DNA from: Desulfobacterales bacterium
GTDB lineage: Bacteria; Desulfobacterota; Desulfobacteria; Desulfobacterales; JALSRD01
Assembly: GCA_026984935.1 (NCBI GenBank)
Contig: JALSRD010000035.1
Coordinates: forward strand, 32,000 to 95,999
Direction: 5' to 3'
Length of the DNA: 64,000 bases
The position numbers and the translations under genes were made by a program. The notes under the pieces were generated by a model. The model was not told the origin of the DNA, searched no databases, and saw only the letters and a program-made list of their open reading frames with translations. Of this stretch, positions 61,396 to 64,000 are shown piece after piece (position 1 is the stretch's first letter; the number at the start of each line of letters is the position of its first letter).

Positions 61396-62571
61396 ATGCA
61401 GGATGTGAAAAACGCCGTCGCCCAACAAAAGGACTTCGTGGTCAAATTGCGCCGGGATCTGCACCAGATTCCCGAAACCGCCTTCACGGAAGAAAAAACA
61501 TCTGCCTATGTAACCCGCGTTTTAGAAAAACTCGGCCTTCCCGTTACCACCGGGATTGCGCGGTTCGGCGTCGTGGCCCAGCTGGACACGGGCCGCAGCG
61601 GGCCTGTCCTGATGATCCGGGCGGACATGGATGCCCTGCCCATCGCCGAAGATACCGGCCTGGCCTTCACTTCGCGCCACCCTGGCGTAATGCACGCCTG
61701 CGGGCACGACGCCCACATGGCCATGGCGCTGGGAGCGGCCGCGGCCCTGGTGCAATTAAAGGAAAGCCTGCGCGGCACCGTCAAATTCGTCTTCCAGCCG
61801 GCCGAAGAGGGCCCCGGCGGCGCCCAGCCCATGATCGAGGCCGGCGTGATGGAAAACCCCAAAGTCGACTACGCCTTCGGCTGCCACGTGTGGCCGGACA
61901 TTCCCGCAGGCTGCGTCGGTGTCAGAGAAGGCCCCCTGCTGGCCTCCATGGGCCGTTTCGATCTGAAAATCATCGGCCAAGGCGGACACGGCGCCATGCC
62001 CCACCAGTGCGTGGATGCACTGGAAATCGGATGCCAGGTGGTTTCCGCGCTGCAGCGCATCGTGTCGCGCCAGATGAATCCCCTGACCCCGACGGTGGTG
62101 ACGGTGGGCAGCTTTCACGCCGGCAGCGCCTTCAATATCATCGCGCCCGAAGCCGATCTGTGCGGCACCCTGCGCACCTTCGAGCGCGACATCTGGCAGT
62201 CCTGGCCGCAGCGCCTGGAAAAAATCATCGGCGGCGTCTGCAGCGCCATGGGTGCCACGTACAACCTTAAACTTTCACCGGGCTATCCGCCGACCATCAA
62301 CGATGCGGACATGGCCGCGGTGGTGCGGGCGTGTGCCCGCGAAACCGTGGGTCCGCAAAAGGTGGTGGAACCGTCGCCCACCATGGGCGGCGAGGACATG
62401 TCTTTCTTCCTGGAAAAGGCCAAAGGCTGCTTTTTCTGCCTGGGAACCGGTTACCGGGGTGGTGCTCCGATCCACAATGCGCATTTCGATTTCCATGAAG
62501 ACATGCTGGGGATCGGCGTCGAGATATACTGCCGCACAGCCTTGAAACTGCTGGCCCGGATAGGATTGTAA
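61396..62571 (+). CDS. M20D-family amidohydrolase (N-acyl-amino-acid/hippurate hydrolase-like)
   Basis: LRRDLHQIPETAFTEEKTSAYV…IRADMDALPI…MHACGHDAHMAM…FQPAEEGPGGA…GGEDMSFF are canonical M20/M25/M40 blocks. It has an AGGAGA RBS. Confidence 0.92.
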   Translation: MQDVKNAVAQQKDFVVKLRRDLHQIPETAFTEEKTSAYVTRVLEKLGLPVTTGIARFGVVAQLDTGRSGPVLMIRADMDALPIAEDTGLAFTSRHPGVMHACGHDAHMAMALGAAAALVQLKESLRGTVKFVFQPAEEGPGGAQPMIEAGVMENPKVDYAFGCHVWPDIPAGCVGVREGPLLASMGRFDLKIIGQGGHGAMPHQCVDALEIGCQVVSALQRIVSRQMNPLTPTVVTVGSFHAGSAFNIIAPEADLCGTLRTFERDIWQSWPQRLEKIIGGVCSAMGATYNLKLSPGYPPTINDADMAAVVRACARETVGPQKVVEPSPTMGGEDMSFFLEKAKGCFFCLGTGYRGGAPIHNAHFDFHEDMLGIGVEIYCRTALKLLARIGL

Positions 62572-62652
62572 GCCCGCAGATTGTGTGCTATAGAGCCGGC
62601 AGGCAAGCGACCTGCCATGCGTTGACAACACGAAAAAAGAGGGGGCGTATCC

Positions 62653-64000
62653 ATGAAAAAGATGATGATCGTTCTGCTGTCCGTTTTGCTGATCGCGGCT
62701 TTCGGCAGCCTGGCCGGTGCCAAGACCCTGAAAGTCGGCCTGGATGCCGACCCGGTTTCGCTGGACCCGCACGTGCAGCTTTCCGGCGGCATGCTGCAGC
62801 TTTCGCACTGGGTGTTCGATCCCCTGGTGCGCTGGACCCAGAAGATGACGTTCGAACCGCGCCTGGCGACCAAATGGAAACGCATCGACGACCTGACCAT
62901 GCGTTTCTACCTGCGCAAAGGCGTCAAGTTCCACAGCGGCAACCCGTTTACCGCCAAAGACGTGAAGTTCACCGTCGAGCGCCTCAAAAAGAGCGTCGAT
63001 TTCAAGGGTCTCTTCGAACCCTTTGCCGGCGTCAAGATCATCGACGACCATACGGTGGATATCACCACCAAGAAACCTTATGCCCTTTTGCTGAACATGG
63101 CCACCTACATTTTCCCCATGGACAGCAAATTTTATTCCGGCAAGGACAAAAACGGCCAGCCCAAGGACGCCATTGTCAAGATCGGCCCGTCATTTGCCCT
63201 GAACCATGAATCCGGTACCGGCCCTTTCAAGGTGACCTACCGTGAACAGGGCGTCAAAACGGTGTTCGAACGCTTTGCCGGCTACTGGGACAAAAAGTCT
63301 CCGGGCAACGTCACCAAGATGATTTTAACGCCCATCAAGGAAGACGCCACGCGCGTGGCGGCCCTTTTGTCCGGGGACGTGGATTTCATCTCGCCGGTGC
63401 CGCCCCAGGATTTTATGCGCATCAAACGCGATGCCAACGTCAACCTGTTCACCTATCCGGGCGGGCGCATCATCACGGTGCAGATGAACGAAAAACGGCG
63501 GAAGGAGTTCAGGGACGTGCGCGTGCGCCAGGCCATCGTGTACGCCATCAACAACGCCGGCATCGTCAAGACCATCATGAAGGGCACGGCCACCGTGGCC
63601 GGGCAGCAGAGCCCGCCGGGCTACGCCGGCCACAACCCGGCCTGCAAACCGCGCTACGACCTGAAAAAGGCGCGTGCCCTGATGAAAGCCGCCGGCCTGG
63701 AAAAAGGCTTTACCTGCACCATGATCGCGCCCAACAACCGCTATGTCAACGACGAAAAGATCGCCCAGGCGGTGGTTTCCATGCTGGCCAAGATCAACAT
63801 CAAGGTGAACCTGAAAACCATGCCCAAGGCCCAGTACTGGGACGAGTTCGACGCCCAGGTGGCCGACATGCAGATGATCGGCTGGCATTCCGACACCGAG
63901 GATTCCGGCAACTTCAGCGAATTCCTGGTCATGTGCCCCAACAAGAAAACCGGCTACGGGCAGTACAACAGCGGCAACTACTGCAACCCCGAGGTGGACA
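62653..64000 (+). CDS. ABC transporter substrate-binding protein, family 5 (paralogue of 52542-54131); 3' end beyond window
   Basis: It is not in the ORF track because no stop lies inside the window. ATG 62653 follows GAGGGGG. MKKMMIVLLSVLLIAAFGSLAGAKTLKVGLDADPVSLDPH… RKGVKFHSGNPFTAKDVKFT… GTGPFKV… NNRYVNDEKIAQAVVSMLAKINIKVNLK. Confidence 0.9.
   Translation, partial: MKKMMIVLLSVLLIAAFGSLAGAKTLKVGLDADPVSLDPHVQLSGGMLQLSHWVFDPLVRWTQKMTFEPRLATKWKRIDDLTMRFYLRKGVKFHSGNPFTAKDVKFTVERLKKSVDFKGLFEPFAGVKIIDDHTVDITTKKPYALLLNMATYIFPMDSKFYSGKDKNGQPKDAIVKIGPSFALNHESGTGPFKVTYREQGVKTVFERFAGYWDKKSPGNVTKMILTPIKEDATRVAALLSGDVDFISPVPPQDFMRIKRDANVNLFTYPGGRIITVQMNEKRRKEFRDVRVRQAIVYAINNAGIVKTIMKGTATVAGQQSPPGYAGHNPACKPRYDLKKARALMKAAGLEKGFTCTMIAPNNRYVNDEKIAQAVVSMLAKINIKVNLKTMPKAQYWDEFDAQVADMQMIGWHSDTEDSGNFSEFLVMCPNKKTGYGQYNSGNYCNPEVD

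Noticed and set aside
1-64000. Search for CRISPR arrays, IS/transposase, integrase, phage or toxin-antitoxin/defence genes
   Set aside because: No direct-repeat/spacer array, no transposase or recombinase motifs (DDE, tyrosine/serine recombinase), and no nuclease/helicase defence-type ORFs were seen in any frame. The only tandem repeat is the in-gene 30-bp Met/Gly repeat.

Overview
High-GC bacterial chromosomal segment. Gene content looks Desulfobacterota/deltaproteobacterium-like: sigma-54 promoters, an aldehyde:ferredoxin oxidoreductase remnant, dodecin. That taxon call is inference only. I found no rRNA, tRNA, CRISPR array or recognisable transposase, integrase or IS element. About 55 protein-coding genes are supported.

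Layout:
(1) 1-7.3 kb: tail of an RND efflux pump; a sigma-54-driven small secreted protein; a ~1.3 kb AT-richer non-coding gap; an outer-membrane beta-barrel plus FG-GAP lipoprotein pair; and a convergent HAMP/SpoIIE-type phosphatase with a Met-rich sensor loop.
(2) 7.6-38.5 kb: one uninterrupted + strand block of about 31 kb. It holds a sigma-54-driven TPR / PP2C / Ser-Thr-kinase(FGE-like) operon. Next comes a glycan-modification cluster (GSCFA protein, hexapeptide acyltransferase, three glycosyltransferases, histidine phosphatase, CE4-like deacetylase). That is followed by a complete arnBCADT (lipid A L-Ara4N) operon lacking arnEF. Last is a nine-gene module that I consider the best candidate for an undescribed system. 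It is a LolCDE/MacB-like ABC whose second permease is a 1625-aa fusion to a catalytically dead PA/M28 ectodomain. It is followed by two large OPT-like polytopic membrane proteins, a secreted protein, an unknown protein, a PqqD-like protein and an O-methyltransferase.
(3) 38.5-43.4 kb (- strand): orphan ZnuA-like binding protein; then STAS / RsbW-like kinase / CxxC-flanked cNMP-domain protein / ABC exporter with a triplicated helical subdomain.
(4) 44-47 kb: thioesterase; a gene-decay patch (truncated class V aminotransferase, AOR remnant) around an intact DapA-family gene; dinB.
(5) 48-52 kb: mgtE with a long structured leader; a Cys-less Lpd/SthA-like flavoprotein; dodecin.
(6) 52.5-58.3 kb: dpp/opp-type peptide ABC operon.
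(7) 58.3-59.8 kb (- strand): CopZ-like protein, a Gly/Met/Trp-rich SHOCT protein and a Met/Gly-rich Spy/ZraP-like protein (putative metal-stress trio).
(8) 60-64 kb: patatin-like lipase, M20 amidohydrolase and a second, paralogous peptide-binding protein running off the window.

All functional calls come from reading the translated ORFs and comparing motifs from memory. No database search was run.
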